A model generated the notes under the pieces. It saw only the letters and a program-made list of their open reading frames with translations, had not been told where the DNA came from and did no database searches. Of a stretch of 64,000 nt of DNA, positions 13,886 through 26,379 are shown piece by piece. This DNA comes from Macrostomum lignano (taxonomy: Eukaryota): the NCBI GenBank assembly GCA_002269645.1, contig NIVC01000521.1, forward strand, positions 124,001 to 188,000, read 5' to 3'. Each line of letters opens with the position of its first letter. The first letter of the stretch is position 1. Made by a program: the position numbers and the translations under genes.

Positions 13886-14589
13886 GATTTCTTTTTGCAT
13901 TGCACTTCATTTAAGTATTTTGTCTGTTTTTTTTGTGAATGCTTTATTTGGCTATATTTTTGTTACTTGTAGAGCAGAGATTCTATACAGATGTCCCCCA
14001 ACGGGGGGCGAAGATTGCTAGTCCTATATACTAAAAATGAGTTGTCTGTGGGTAGGTATGCGATAGATTTCAGAAAAATTGGCTCAACCGATTTTCTTCA
14101 AACTTGCACCATTCGATCAGAAATTTTCCTGGGACGGTACATGCATCTTGGCTAAGAAATTGCTCAATGTTAAAGGGATTAAATATTCGAAAAACATGCT
14201 TTTTTGCAAAGGTCAAGCAAAATTTTCGACTTGAAATGCATTGTAAGAATGCTAGAGAAAAAACTGACTGGCTGAATTCCGATTGTGATAAAGATTGCAT
14301 CACAACAAGTTGAAAACAGTGTCAAAGAAATGCACACACGACTTGAATGAAATTGCATAACCATATTGCCAACTTAAATTGAGACTGATTCTGGCTGACT
14401 GAAAAATTGATTATGTCATAACTTTTTACTCCGATTGACTTGCTGTAAGAATTGAATTATAAGGGCCACAATTCATGTTCTCCAATTAAAAAGAGATAGC
14501 CTAGATGCGAACAGACTGGACTGCTAATGTAGCGACCTGGGTTCGAATCTTGGTAGCGCAAAATGATTTTTTTATTAAAACACCTTAAA

Positions 14590-15990
14590 AACAAAAAACT
14601 GCTAAACATAAAAGAACATTAAAGAGCCACCATGTCGAACATTAAAGAGCCACCTTATCAAACATTAAAGAGCCACCATGTCGAACATTAAAGAGCCACC
14701 ATGTCGAAACATTAAAGAGCCACCATGTCAAACATAAAACAGACACCATTAAGAACATTAAAGAGCCACCATGGCGAACATTAAAAAGCCACCATGTCAA
14801 ACATTAAAGAGCCACCATTTCAAACCTAAAAGAGCCACCATGTCGAACATTAAAGAGCCACCTTATCAAACATTAAAGAGCCACCATGTCGAACATAAAA
14901 GATCTACCATGTAGAACATAAAAGAGTCACCATGTCAAACATTAAAGAGCCACCATGTAAAACATTAAAGAGCCACCATGTAAAACATTAAAGAGCCACC
15001 ATTTCGAACATTATTGAGCCACCATGTCAGACATTAAAGAGCCACCATATCAAACATAAAAGAACTACCATGTCAAACATTAAAGAGCCACCATGTCGAA
15101 CATAAAAGGGCCACCATGTCAAATATTAAAAAGCCACCATGTCAAACATTAAAGAGCCACCATGCCAAACATTAAAGAGCCAGCATGTCAAACATTTAAG
15201 AGCCACCATGTCGAACATTATTGAGCCACCATGTCAGACATTAAAGAGCCACCATGCCAAACATAAAAGAGCCACCATATCAAACATAAAAGAACTAACA
15301 TGTCAAACATTAAAGAGCCACCATGTCGAACATTATTGAGCCACCATGTCGAACATAAAAGAGCCACCATGCCAAACATAAAAGAGCGGCCATGTCAAAC
15401 ATTAAAGATTCACCATGCCAAACATTAAAGAGCCACCATGTCAAACATAAAAGAGCCACCATGTCGAACATTATTGAGCCACCATGTCGAACATAAAAGA
15501 GCCACCATGCCAAACATAAAAGAGCCGCCATGTCAAACATAAAAAAGCCACCATGTCAACCATAAAAGAACCACCACGTCAAGCATATACATTACTCCAT
15601 GTCAAACATTAAAGAGCCACCATGTCAAACATAAAAGAGCCACCATATCAAACATTAAAGAGCCACAATGTCAAAAATTAAAGAGCCACCATGTCGAAGA
15701 TTAAAGAGCCACAATGTCAAACACAAAAGAGCCACCATGTCAAACATAGAAGAGACACCATGTCGAACAACTAAGCCACCATGTCAAACATAACAGAGAC
15801 ACCATGTCAAACATTAAAGAGCCACCATGTCAAATATTAAAGAACCACGATGTCAATCATTAAAGAGCCACTATGTCAAATATATACGTGACTCCATGTC
15901 AAACATTAAAGAGCTACCATGTCAAACATAGAAGAGCCACCATGTCAAACATAAAAAGAAGTGTCATGCCAAACAAAATGGAGCCACTAT
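14590..15990. repeat. 23-bp array inside Helitron B
   Basis: Same monomer as 11310-13330. Confidence 0.9.
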
Positions 15991-16029
15991 AAAGCTAAGG
16001 AAATTATTGCACTAGCTACTTGATGTCTG

Positions 16030-17090
16030 GTGGATGCTTGCTATTTAAGGATGGATACTTGCTATCAGGGGGATGCTTGCTATCTGAGTGATGCTTGCTA
16101 TTGGGGGGAGGGATGCTTGCATGCTGTCTGGGGATGCTTGCATGCTGTCTGGGGATGCTTGCTATCTGGGCGATTCTTGCTATCTGGGAGATGCTTGCTA
16201 ACTGGGGGATGCTTGCATGCTGTCTGGGGATGCTTGCTATCTGGGGGATTCTTGCTATCTGGGGGATGCTTGCGTGCTGTCTGGGGATGCTTGCTATATC
16301 TGGGGGATTCGTGCTATCTGGGAGATGCTTGCATGCTGTCTGGGGATGCTTGCTATCTGGGGGATTCTTGCTATTTGGGGGATGCTTGCTATCTGGGAGA
16401 TGCTTGCATGCTATCTGGGAGATGCTTGCCATCTGGGGATGCTTGCCATCTGGGGGATGCTTGCTATCTGGGGGATGCTTGCATGCTGTCTGGGGATGCT
16501 TGCTATCTGGGGGATTCTTGCTATCTGGGGATGCTTGCGTGCTGTCTGGGGATGCTTGCTATATCTGGGGGATTCGTGCTATCTGGGAGATGCTTGCATG
16601 CTATCTGGGGATGCTTGCTATATCTGGGGGATTCGTGCTATCTGGGAGATGCTTGCATGCTGTCTGGGGATGCTTGCTATCTGGGGGATGCTTGCGTGCT
16701 GTCTGGGGATGCTTGCTATCTGGGGGATTCGTGCTATCTGGGAGATGCTTGCATGCTGTCTGGGGATTCTTGCTATCTGGGGGATGCTTGCGTGCTGTCT
16801 GGGGATGCTTGCTATATCTGGGGGATTCGTGCTATCTGGGAGATGCTTGCATGCTGTCTGGGGATGCTTGCTATCTGGGGGATTCGTGCTATCTGGAAGA
16901 TGCTTGCATGCTGTCTGGGGATGCTTGCTATCTGGGGGATTCGTGCTATTTGGGAGATGCTTGCATGCTATCTGGGAGATGCTTGCATGCTATCTGGGAG
17001 ATGCTTGCATGCTATCTGGGAGATGCTTGCATGCTGTCTGGGAGATGCTTGCATGCTATCTGGGAGATGCTTGCATGCTGTCTGGGGATG
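16030..17090. repeat. GGGGATGCTTGC(ATGCTGTCT/TATCT) composite array inside Helitron B
   Basis: Tandem copies of 18-bp and roughly 27-bp related units. Confidence 0.9.
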
Positions 17091-17211
17091 TTTTCTTTAC
17101 AGATGGAATGTCTGTTGTCTTTGTGAAAGCTTTATTTCGCTGTCTTTTTGTTACTTTTAGAGAACAGATATTCTATTTAGATGTCCCCCATCGGGGGGCG
17201 AAGATTGCTAG

Positions 17212-17480
17212 TAGTCTCTAAAAGTGACTGAAAATAGTATCCAAAAGTGACTGAAAATGGTCTCCAAAAGTGACTGAAAATAGTCTCCAAAAGTGACTGA
17301 AAATAGTCTCCAAAAGTGACTGAAAATGGTCTCCAAAAGTGACTGAAAATAGTCTCTAAAAGTGACAGAAAATAGTATCCAAAAGTGACTGAAAATGGTC
17401 TCCAAAAGTGACTGAAAATAGTCTTCAAAAGTGACTGAGAAGTGACTGGAAATGGTCTCCTAAAGTGACTGGAAAATGAC
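17212..17480. repeat. 23-bp minisatellite CCAAAAGTGACTGAAAATAGTCT, right half
   Basis: Resumes with TAGTCT, in register with the left half. Confidence 0.95.
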
Positions 17481-18229
17481 TGAAAAGTTGCTAATCAATC
17501 TTGACTGCTGGTGTTTTTGGAATAATCCAGTGCTGGTATTAAAAGTTCAAAAACAGTAGTTTAATATTGTTTCATATGCTATATCAGTAAGTAATGTTTA
17601 ATCTTTGAATGTGTTTCTGTACAGCACTGTATTTTATCAATATAGTAAGTACTTCTACACTGCTACAGGTCACCCCTACAGTATTGTGGAGCATAACTTC
17701 TAGTGGCCCAAGTACCCAAAGTCGTTGCTTTTATAAGAGTTCTCACGCTTGGCGTATCTTTCAACAGTTTTAGCCATTAATACAGCTGTGTAATTAACTG
17801 TGCGTTTTACTTCTTCGCACTTAATAAATTGGCTATGTCAACTGAGCTTGATCGAATCAGATCTGGCAATTTGGCTAGCCTTTAATAAACCAGAATGCGC
17901 AGAACCAGAAGCCAATGCACTACTTATTTTAAATTTATTTTATGCGACCGTGTGCGGACCTCTGCTGTGGTTGCAAGGAAAACTAGCCCTTGCACCCAGT
18001 ACACTGTGGCTGAGGGTTTGTGTGCTCTGCCCCTCTGCTTCTGGTCTCTCTGTTCAGCTGCTATCTTCTTTCACTTATCACAAATCTAGTCTTATTGTTC
18101 TTCTACTCTCATGTTCCTCCTCTCATTTCTCTCTCCCTTCCCTCTCCCGTCTTCTCATTTCCTTCTCCCCTCTTCTCCCATTTCCCTCTCCCTTTTCTTA
18201 ATTCCCCCCCCTCTCATTTCCCTCTCCCC

Positions 18230-19150
18230 TCTCGTTTCCCCCTCCTCTCTTGTTTCCCTCTCCCCTCTCGTTTCCCTCTCCTCTCTTGTTTCCCTCTCCT
18301 CTCTTGTTTCCCTCTCCCCTCTCGTTTCCCTCTCCCCTCTCGTTTCCCCCTCCTCTCTTGTTTCCCTCTCCCCTCTCGTTTCCCTCTCCTCTCTTGTTTC
18401 CCTCTCCCCTCTCGTTTACCTCTCCTCTCTTGTTTCCCTCTCCTCTCTTGTTTCCCTCTCCCCTCTCGTTTCCCTCTCCTCTCTCGTTTCCCTCTCCTCT
18501 CTTGTTTCCCTCTCCCCTCTCGTTTCCCTCTCCTCTCTTGTTTCCCTCTCCCCTCTCGTTTCCCTCTCCCCTCTCGTTTCCCTCTCCTCTCTCGTTTCCC
18601 TCTCCTCTCTTGTTTCCCTCTCCCCTCTCGTTTCCCTCTCCTCTCTTGTTTCCCTCTCCCCTCTCGTTTCCCTCTCCCCTCTCGTTTCCCTCTCCTCTCT
18701 CGTTTCCCTCTCCTCTCTTGTTTCCCTCTCCCCTCTCGTTTTCCTCTCCCCTCTCGTTTCCCTCTCCCCTCTCGTTTCCCTCTCCTCTCTTGTTTCCCTC
18801 TCCCCTCTCGTTTCCCTCTCCTCTCTTGTTTCCCTCTCCTCTCTTGTTTCCCTCTCCCCTCTCGTTTCCCTCTCCTCTCTCGTTTCCCTCTCCTCTCTTG
18901 TTTCCCTCTCCCCTCTCGTTTCCCTCTCCTCTCTTGTTTCCCTCTCCCCTCTCGTTTCCCTCTCCCCTTTCGTTTCCCTCTCCTCTCTCGTTTCCCTCTC
19001 CTCTCTTGTTTCCCTCTCCCCTCTCGTTTTCCTCTCCCCTCTCGTTTCCCTCTCCCCTCTCGTTTCCCTCTCCTCTCTTGTTTCCCTCTCCCCTCTCGTT
19101 TCCCTCTCCTCTCTCGTTTCCCTCTCCTCTCTCGTTTCCCTCTCCTCTCT
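18230..19150. repeat. 18-bp pyrimidine minisatellite TTTCCCTCTCCCCTCTCG
   Basis: Tandem copies in PTEN intron 1. Confidence 0.95.
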
Positions 19151-19635
19151 TGTTTCGATCTCATCTCTACCTCTCTCCTCGTTTTCCCTCTCCTATCTTT
19201 CCTTTCCGATGTTTTCGTGTTATCGACCGTCTGTCTCTTATTGTTTCTCACATCCATTCCCATCTCTACCCCGAATTTCATCCCCTATTTCCCATCTTCT
19301 CCCCTCTGTGTTGACGGGAAACTGCAGTCTGCAGCAAAAGCGGGATTAACAGTATAAGCCAAACCAACTAAGCCGCTTTGATACCTATTCAACTCTTTAT
19401 CTATAGATTTCGCAGTGCTGATGAATTGCTAATTCTATAATCCGATAGCTCATTCCCGATTTGAAATTGGCAGCGCATCACTACAAAGCATATTCTCCTC
19501 TGTAGCCCCTTTTGATGCTTTGTTTTTTTGCTCATTAATACTGTAAACATATCATCAGCTATATTATTATATCAAGTCCTTTTATTCTGTTATTCTGCTT
19601 TTCTTATATTTCATAAAATGAATAACAAATTACAG

Positions 19636-19680
19636 ATTCCTGGAAACGTATCACGCGGATCGCTATCGGGTCTATAACCT
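19636..19680 (+). CDS. PTEN: PTEN coding exon 2 (FLETYHADRYRVYNL), 45 nt
   Basis: TACAG acceptor and GTGAGT donor; corresponds to human PTEN exon 3 (FLDSKHKNHYKIYNL); phases compatible with neighbouring exons. Confidence 0.93.
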
Positions 19681-19924
19681 GTGAGTGTATGGATTAATAG
19701 GACATCGTGCGCTTTTGTTTCTTCTGCCGGCTCTGCCTTTGATGCGCCGCTTCGTAGATTTTTTTGCTGAATAATTATTAAAAAGGCTCTTCGTCTGCTT
19801 CAACACCTGCGTTTGTCTCTCAGCTCTTTTTGCTCATTCATTCTTCATTTTTAGGGTGCTTTCCTTTGTCTCACAAGACCGCCTCTGCCTCTATCTCAGC
19901 CTACTCCCAACTCAGCTATTTCGG

Positions 19925-20540
<616 letters not shown>

Positions 20541-20619
20541 ATCAAGTTCTTTTATCTCATAGTATTAAGGCAATCATATCATTTTAGCGGATACACTGTT
20601 TTCCTTTAAAAACTTTCAG

Positions 20620-20794
20620 TTGCGCAGAGAGATCTTACAACCACGCCAAATTCAAGGATCGCGTTGAGCAGTTCGCCATGCAGGACCACAACCCGCCTCT
20701 GATACACACGATCCCGTACTTCTGCACATCCGTGTACAAATGGCTGCAGACTGGGACAGACTATGTGGCTGCAATACACTGCAAGGCCGGAAAG
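20620..20794 (+). CDS. PTEN: PTEN coding exon 3 (CAERSYNHAKF...DHNPP...AAIHCKAGK)
   Basis: TTTCAG acceptor and AAG|GT donor; contains the DHNPP acid loop and the first part of the CX5R P-loop. Confidence 0.95.
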
Positions 20795-20976
20795 GTTTTG
20801 ACCGCTTACTGTACTTACTAAACTCTTTACTGTATATATAGAGCAAAGCTGAGTAGTTACCGAGGGTCTCGTGCACGAGAGCTAACCTCCATTTGCGACG
20901 AGCAATTCAAAGCCAGTTGTACAACATGAACAATCTAGTAATTGCATATTAACTATCATTTACCAATTGTTGCCAG

Positions 20977-21111
20977 GGCCGCACGGGAGTCATGATCGCC
21001 TGCTACCTGCTGTACGAGAGCTTCAAAGGCATTCACGACAATCCGCCCACCTACCTCAGTGCCGATGCTGTCTTAGATTTGTACGACAGGCAGAGAACGC
21101 ATAATGGAAAG
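20977..21111 (+). CDS. PTEN: PTEN coding exon 4 (GRTGVMIACYLL...LYDRQRTHNGK)
   Basis: GCCAG acceptor and AAG|GTGC donor; completes HCKAGK|GRTG. Confidence 0.95.
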
Positions 21112-21264
21112 GTGCTTAAGTATTTCATTAATTCGTTTGATTACTTTTAATTTACTTATTTGTGGCACTTTCTATCTCTATATGCTGCTTTGTAGGAAGG
21201 TAGCTTTTATTTCCTGTTTCCACTTCATACAGCTCATCAAGTTTTAATTTCAAAGTGTTTCGAG

Positions 21265-21925
21265 CTCGTGGAGTCTAAGATCATGGAGAGTGTCAAGCTC
21301 ATGAATTGTCGAGCTCGTGGAGTGTCGAGCTCGTGGAGTGTCGAGCTCGTGGAGTGTCGAGCTCGTGGAGTGTCGCGCTCGTGGAGTGTCGAGCTCGTGG
21401 AGTGTCGAGCTCGTGGAGTGTCGCGCTCGTGGAGTGTCGAGCTCGTGGAGTGTCGAGCTCGTGGAGTGTCGAGCTCATGGAGTTTAAGCTCATGGAGTGT
21501 CGAGCTCGTGGAGTGTCGCGCTCGTGGAGTGTCGAGCTCATGGAGTGTCGAGCTCATGGAGTGTCGCGCTCGTGGAGTGTCGAGCTCATGGAGTTTAAGC
21601 TCATGGAGTGTCGAGCTCGTGGAGTGTCGCGCTCGTGGAGTGTCGAGCTCTTGGAGTGTCGCGCTCGTGGAGTGTCGAGCTCGTGGAGTGTCGCGCTCGT
21701 GGAGTGTCTAGCTCGTGGAGTGTCGCGCTCGTGGAGTGTCGCGCTCGTGGAGTGTCGCGCTCGTGGAGTGTCTAGCTCGTGGAGTGTCGCGCTCGTGGAG
21801 TGTCGCGCTCGTGGAGTGTCGCGCTCGTGGAGTGTCGCGCTCGTGGAGTGTCGAGCTCGTGGAGTGTCGAGCTCGTGGAGTGTCGAGCTCGTGGAGTGTC
21901 GAGCTCGTGGAGTGTCGCGCTCATG
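21265..21925. repeat. 16-bp minisatellite GTGGAGTGTCGAGCTC in PTEN intron 4
   Basis: Tandem copies. Confidence 0.95.
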
Positions 21926-22834
21926 AAGCTTCAAGCAGAAAATCAGAAACTCGAGCTCATCTACTAGCGTACTATCGATCGTTTGAAGTTTTTAGTGCAT
22001 ATTTAGCATATACGAAGTTTAAGATCATTTTCCACCCGGAAACTTTACCGGTAGGGTCCCTGATGACTCGGTGGGCCAGTCTGAACAGGCGGGAATATCG
22101 GCACTGACAAATTGAATGCAAAGAGAAAAAGTTCAACTTCTTTTTCCTTAATAATTTCCCCCATCATCTTCAGCTAGGCTACTTGCCTATTAGTATTAGC
22201 ATTGGGCTTGCGTGTGCCGCAATACGCAGAGAGAGGCAGGCAGCTGACCCTGGCCTGGATCCCGCCATCTGCTAGCTCAGACCATCCAGCCGCGTTCAGA
22301 GAGGGTCGCGCAGTTGCCAAATTCTATTATGTTATAAAGTGCTGGCCTGGCGAACAGGAGGAAGGAGGCGCTTCTATTTGATTTATGCTCTGGCCTGTCT
22401 GTTCTGTGCGTGCACTTTGATTATATAGTAGTTTGTTCGAATGCACTTTCTGGTTTGCGAACTGTCTGTAACTGTTAGTGCCTGTCTGCTTTGCGTCAAT
22501 CAGTGTTAAAAATGTTGCTATTTTTGGAAAGTATTTTAACTAGATTGCCTTGGCTAGTGGCCTAAAAATTTGATATCCTGGAATATTCACCTATCTCAAA
22601 AATTCCGATTGCCTCAGTCAGTCTCGGAATATCATCAATGACTTGATTTTCCATATCAAAGCCTTTTCGGACTTTTCATTTCTTATTTCACAAAATCTTA
22701 AAATTTCTTTTATTTTGCGATTTCCCGATCTCAGGATTTCTCCAGTCACATGATTTTGTCGATCTTCGAGATTTCCCTGATCTCGGGATTCACTTACTCG
22801 GGAATGATCTGATCTCTAGATTATTCCCCAATTC

Positions 22835-23285
22835 AGGGATTCCCTGATCTCGGAATTCCCCAATTCAGGCATTCCCCGATCTCGGAATTCCCCAATTCAG
22901 GGATTCCTTCATCTCGGAATTCCCCAATTCAGGGATTCCCTGATCTCGGAGTTCCCCAATTCAGGGATTCCTTCATCTCGGAATTCCCCAATTCAGGGAT
23001 TCCCTGATCTCGGAGTTCCCCAATTTAGGGATTCACTGATCTCGGAATTTCCCAATTCAGGGATTCCTTCATCTCGGAATTCCCCAATTCAGGGATTCCC
23101 TGATCTCGGAGTTCCCCAATTCAGGGATTCCTTGATCTCGGAATTCCCCAATTCAGGGATTCCTTGATCTCAGAATTCCCCAATTCAGGGATTCCCTGAT
23201 CTCGGAGTTCCCCAATTCAGGGATTCCTTGATCTCGGAATTCCCCAATTCAGGGATTTACTGATCTCGGGATTCCCCAATGCAGG
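22835..23285. repeat. 32-bp minisatellite GGAATTCCCCAATTCAGGGATTCCCTGATCTC in PTEN intron 4
   Basis: Tandem copies with internal palindromes (GGAATTCC; CAGGG-ATT-CCCTG). Confidence 0.93.
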
Positions 23286-23488
23286 ATCCTTTATTTTATG
23301 ATTCCCCGATATAGGGATTTCCCCGAGCTGGGGCAGATTAAATTTTAGTATTTCCCCTCATAATTTTCAAAAAATGTAATTCTACTACTACATACCAGTA
23401 CTACATTCTACTACATGTGCTATTTTGCCTTCCCTTTTTTCCCTGTCCCTGCTCTTCAGTGATTCACTGCACTCCCACCCGTTGCCAG

Positions 23489-24064
23489 GGCGTGACAATC
23501 CCATCGCAGCGCCGGTACGTGTACTATTATGCCCACACTCTGCGCAAAAGCCTATCTGTAGAGAGCTGCCCGCTAGTGCTGAAATCCGTCACACTCGAAG
23601 GCGGCCAGCCAGTATTTCCACCTAGCAACGGTTGTTCGTTATACTTCCGCTGCAAGAAGCTGGTGCGCGACTGTCATCAGGATAACCGGAGTACGCATCG
23701 GCCCATTGGCGACTCCGAGGTCTGCGAAGTCCGCGGTGGCCAGCAGACCGCCATCCTTGTGCAGCCAGCCAGCCCGATCCCAGTCAATGGCGACGTGAAG
23801 ATTGTGTTCTATCACCGGAGCTCGAACCGGCTGGCTAGATACGATAAAATCTTCCATTTCTGGTTGAACACCTTCTTTGTGGTGAATCAACCTGGCGACA
23901 CGCCCGGAGCTCGATGGCGACAGGAGCGCGGCCTAGACGACGGCGGGCCGGCCTCTGCCGCCAGCGGAGACGGCGGGCTTCGGGGTCGCGATATTTTTCT
24001 AACTTTGACAAAGGCCGAACTGGACAAGGCCTGCAAAGATCGACTGCTGCCGGACACTTTCTCT
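23489..24064 (+). CDS. PTEN: PTEN coding exon 5 (GVTIPSQRRYVYYY, then the C2 domain ...KIFHFWLNTFF...LTKAELDKACKD...PDTFS)
   Basis: TI-loop motif GVTIPSQRRYVYYY and C2-domain motifs; GCCAG acceptor; GTGCGT donor at 24065. Confidence 0.92.
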
Positions 24065-24199
24065 GTGCGTTTAGATTGCATTTTCTGAGCTTTTCACTTT
24101 ATTTCCTAGTGTTTCTGCTGTTTGACATATCTTTGAAAGATGGTCTATCTTTTGATATTATTTAAGTTCCTTGACTGCAATTTTCATGACATTTTCCAG

Positions 24200-24950
24200 G
24201 CATTTAGGTTTCTCGGGGTTTCCTTTGACATTGGCTTGGTCGAGGTTTCACTTGACCTTATGTTGCTCAGAATTTCCCTTGACATTTGGCTGCTCAGGAT
24301 TTTCTTTGACCTTGGCTTGGTCGGGGTTTCCCTTGACATTTGGCTGCTCGGGATTTCCCTTGACATTTGGCTGCTCGGGATTTCCCTTGACATTTGGGCT
24401 CGGGATTTCCTTTGACCTTGGCTTGGTTCGGGTTTCCCTTGACTTTATGTTGCTCGGAATTTCCCTTGACATTTGGCTGCTCGGGATTACCTTTGATCTT
24501 GTGTTGCTTGGGATTTCCCTTGATCTTGGGTTGCTTGAGATTTCCCTTGATCTTGGGTTGCTCGGGATTTCTCTTGACCTTGATCTTGGGTTGCTCGGGA
24601 TTTCTCTTGACCTTGATCTTGGATTGCTCGGGATTTCTCTTGACCTTGATCTTGGGTTGCTCGGGATTTCTCTTGACCTTGATCTTGGATTGCTCGGGAT
24701 TTCCCTTGACCTTGATCGTAGATTGATCTGGATTTCCCTTGACCTTGATCTTGGGTTGCTCGGGATTTCCCTTGACCTTGATCTTGGATTGCTCGGGATT
24801 TCCCTTGACCTTGATCTTGGATTGCTCGGGATTTCCCTTGACCTTGATCTTGGGTTTCTCGGGATTTCCCTTGACCTTGATCTTGGGTTTCTCGGGATTT
24901 CCCTTGACCTTGATCTTAGATCGATCTGGATTTCCCTTGATATTGAGCTC
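24200..24950. repeat. 27/33-bp minisatellite (CTCGGGATTTCCCTTGACCTTGATCTTGGGTTG) in PTEN intron 5
   Basis: Tandem copies; explains the ISLDLDLGLLG pseudo-ORF. Confidence 0.93.
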
Positions 24951-25023
24951 CTCGGGAAAAATCCAAGCACAGAAGAAGCCAGCATCCTAAGCATCCGCGC
25001 ATGCCTCCTGACTCAAAACTCAG

Positions 25024-25290
25024 GCAACACTGCGATTCTCAGTGCCGGAGTACCACTCGGACGATGACGACGCGTCGGGGCCCTACCGGTCCTTCGCTTA
25101 CACTCCGCAGCAGGCCGCTACCGCGCCTCCAGCCGGCCTCTCCGACGATGCGGGGTCCAATCAACAGCATCATCAGTCCTCTTCATCTTCATGCTCGTCG
25201 CAGACTGACGATGATGAAGATCCGGAGAAGGCATTTGGACAACAGCAGCAGCAACAGCAAGAGCAGGGTAGCGACCAGGGTGGTCAATGA
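25024..25290 (+). CDS. PTEN: PTEN terminal coding exon (ATLRFSVPEYHSDDDD...SSQTDDDEDPE...GGQ*)
   Basis: CTGAC branch-like motif plus CTCAG acceptor, phase 0; ATLRF aligns with human VKLYF; acidic Ser/Thr tail. The joined CDS is 1362 nt (453 aa plus stop). Confidence 0.8.
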   Translation, partial: ATLRFSVPEYHSDDDDASGPYRSFAYTPQQAATAPPAGLSDDAGSNQQHHQSSSSSCSSQTDDDEDPEKAFGQQQQQQQEQGSDQGGQ

Positions 25291-25419
25291 CCATTATGAC
25301 ATGTCATACATTTTTGTAGCTCAATAATAACCGGATCTATTGCCGATTGTTAAGTGATCGCTTGTAGGCTGCGAACCAAATTCTGTGTAAACTTAAACTT
25401 GATAAACTGCTTTTAGTAA

Positions 25420-25910
25420 TTACTTTGCTGCATCCCTGGAATCGCCACTAGGCCACCTCGGGAATCGCCACTAGGCCACCTCGGGAATCGCCTCCCAGTT
25501 CTCCTGGAAAATAGCCTCCAATTCTCCCAAAAACGCCCCCAATTCTCCCAGAAAATCGCCTCAAGTTTTCCTGGAAAATTTTCTCCCATGCCCAGGAAAT
25601 CGCCCCCAATTCTCCCAGGAAATCGCCCCCAATTGTCCCAGGAAATCGCCCCCAATTCTCCCAGGAAATCGCCCCTAATTCTCCGAGGAAACGCCCCCAA
25701 TTCTCCCAGGAAATCGCCCCTAATTCTCCGAGGAAATCGCCCCCAATTCTCCTAAGAAATCGCCCCCAATTCTCCTAAGAAATCGCCCCCAATTCTCCTA
25801 AGAAATTGCCCCCCCCAATTCTCCTAAGAAATCGCCCCCAATTCTCCCAGGTATCGTCTCCAATTCTCCCAGGAAATCGCCCCCAATTCTTCCAGGAAAT
25901 CGCCTCCACA
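25420..25910. repeat. 23-bp minisatellite CCCCCAATTCTCCCAGGAAATCG
   Basis: Tandem copies downstream of the PTEN stop. Confidence 0.88.
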
Positions 25911-26379
25911 CTGCACTGACCCGAAAATCGCATATCGCCTATTATATATTGAATCTGTTCCCAGAGCAGAGTCTACATGTGGACAAAGCTATAAGATGCC
26001 AGTTTTTAACCTTCCCTGTATCGCCCAGCTCTACCTGCTTTCCGTGGCTCAAAAAACTCAGACTATAATATATGATCTCGTTTATATTGTAATGTTGCAT
26101 TTTTTGCGTGCGCTTAATCTGTCTCTGGTATGATGTCAAATCTGCGTTGACCCATCGGCCATTATCTATATATATGCGTATTTTTATTAGCTTTCATTGA
26201 ATTCGCCTTCTTGATTGCCTGCCTATTTTATAGCAATTTATTCATTTGATTCGCATTCACTTTAACTGTGCTTGTTGTGCTAATTTGAAAACTTTTAGTC
26301 ATGTTGCTTGCTACTTTCAACCATCCTTATCCCGCTTTCTTGGACTCGATACTCACCTTAAATATCCTTAGTTGCTGGG

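Larger units (their letters stand above)
10149..14021 (+). mobile_element. Non-autonomous Helitron, copy A
   Basis: Starts TC after A. Has a 5' (TGTA)n-like microsatellite and a GGCTCAACCGATTTT motif. Ends with the hairpin CCCCC-AAC-GGGGG followed by CTAG. The 5' module of about 550 bp is internally duplicated. No Rep/helicase ORF. Confidence 0.85.
14022..17211 (+). mobile_element. Non-autonomous Helitron, copy B (head-to-tail with copy A)
   Basis: Starts TC immediately after the CTAG of copy A. Same module order. Ends CCCCC-ATC-GGGGG...CTAG followed by T, where the flanking satellite resumes with no target-site duplication. Confidence 0.85.

Noticed and set aside
9770-17480. Regular short direct repeats resembling a CRISPR array
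   Set aside because: Monomers abut without unique spacers, the context is eukaryotic and intronic, and there are no cas genes.
11735-19357. Long repetitive ORFs (GDACYL, MLAIWG, FPSPLS, RGKREG and others)
   Set aside because: Products of stop-free tandem monomers inside PTEN intron 1; open in several frames and both strands.
22055-22112. TGATGA...CTGA...CTGA resembling a C/D snoRNA in PTEN intron 4
   Set aside because: Only about 50 nt between boxes, no terminal stem and no identifiable rRNA complementarity.
22835-23285. Tandem GGGGAATTCC (NF-kB-like) sites in PTEN intron 4
   Set aside because: A single monomer amplified many times is one observation; no evidence of binding, and NF-kB presence in this organism is unknown.
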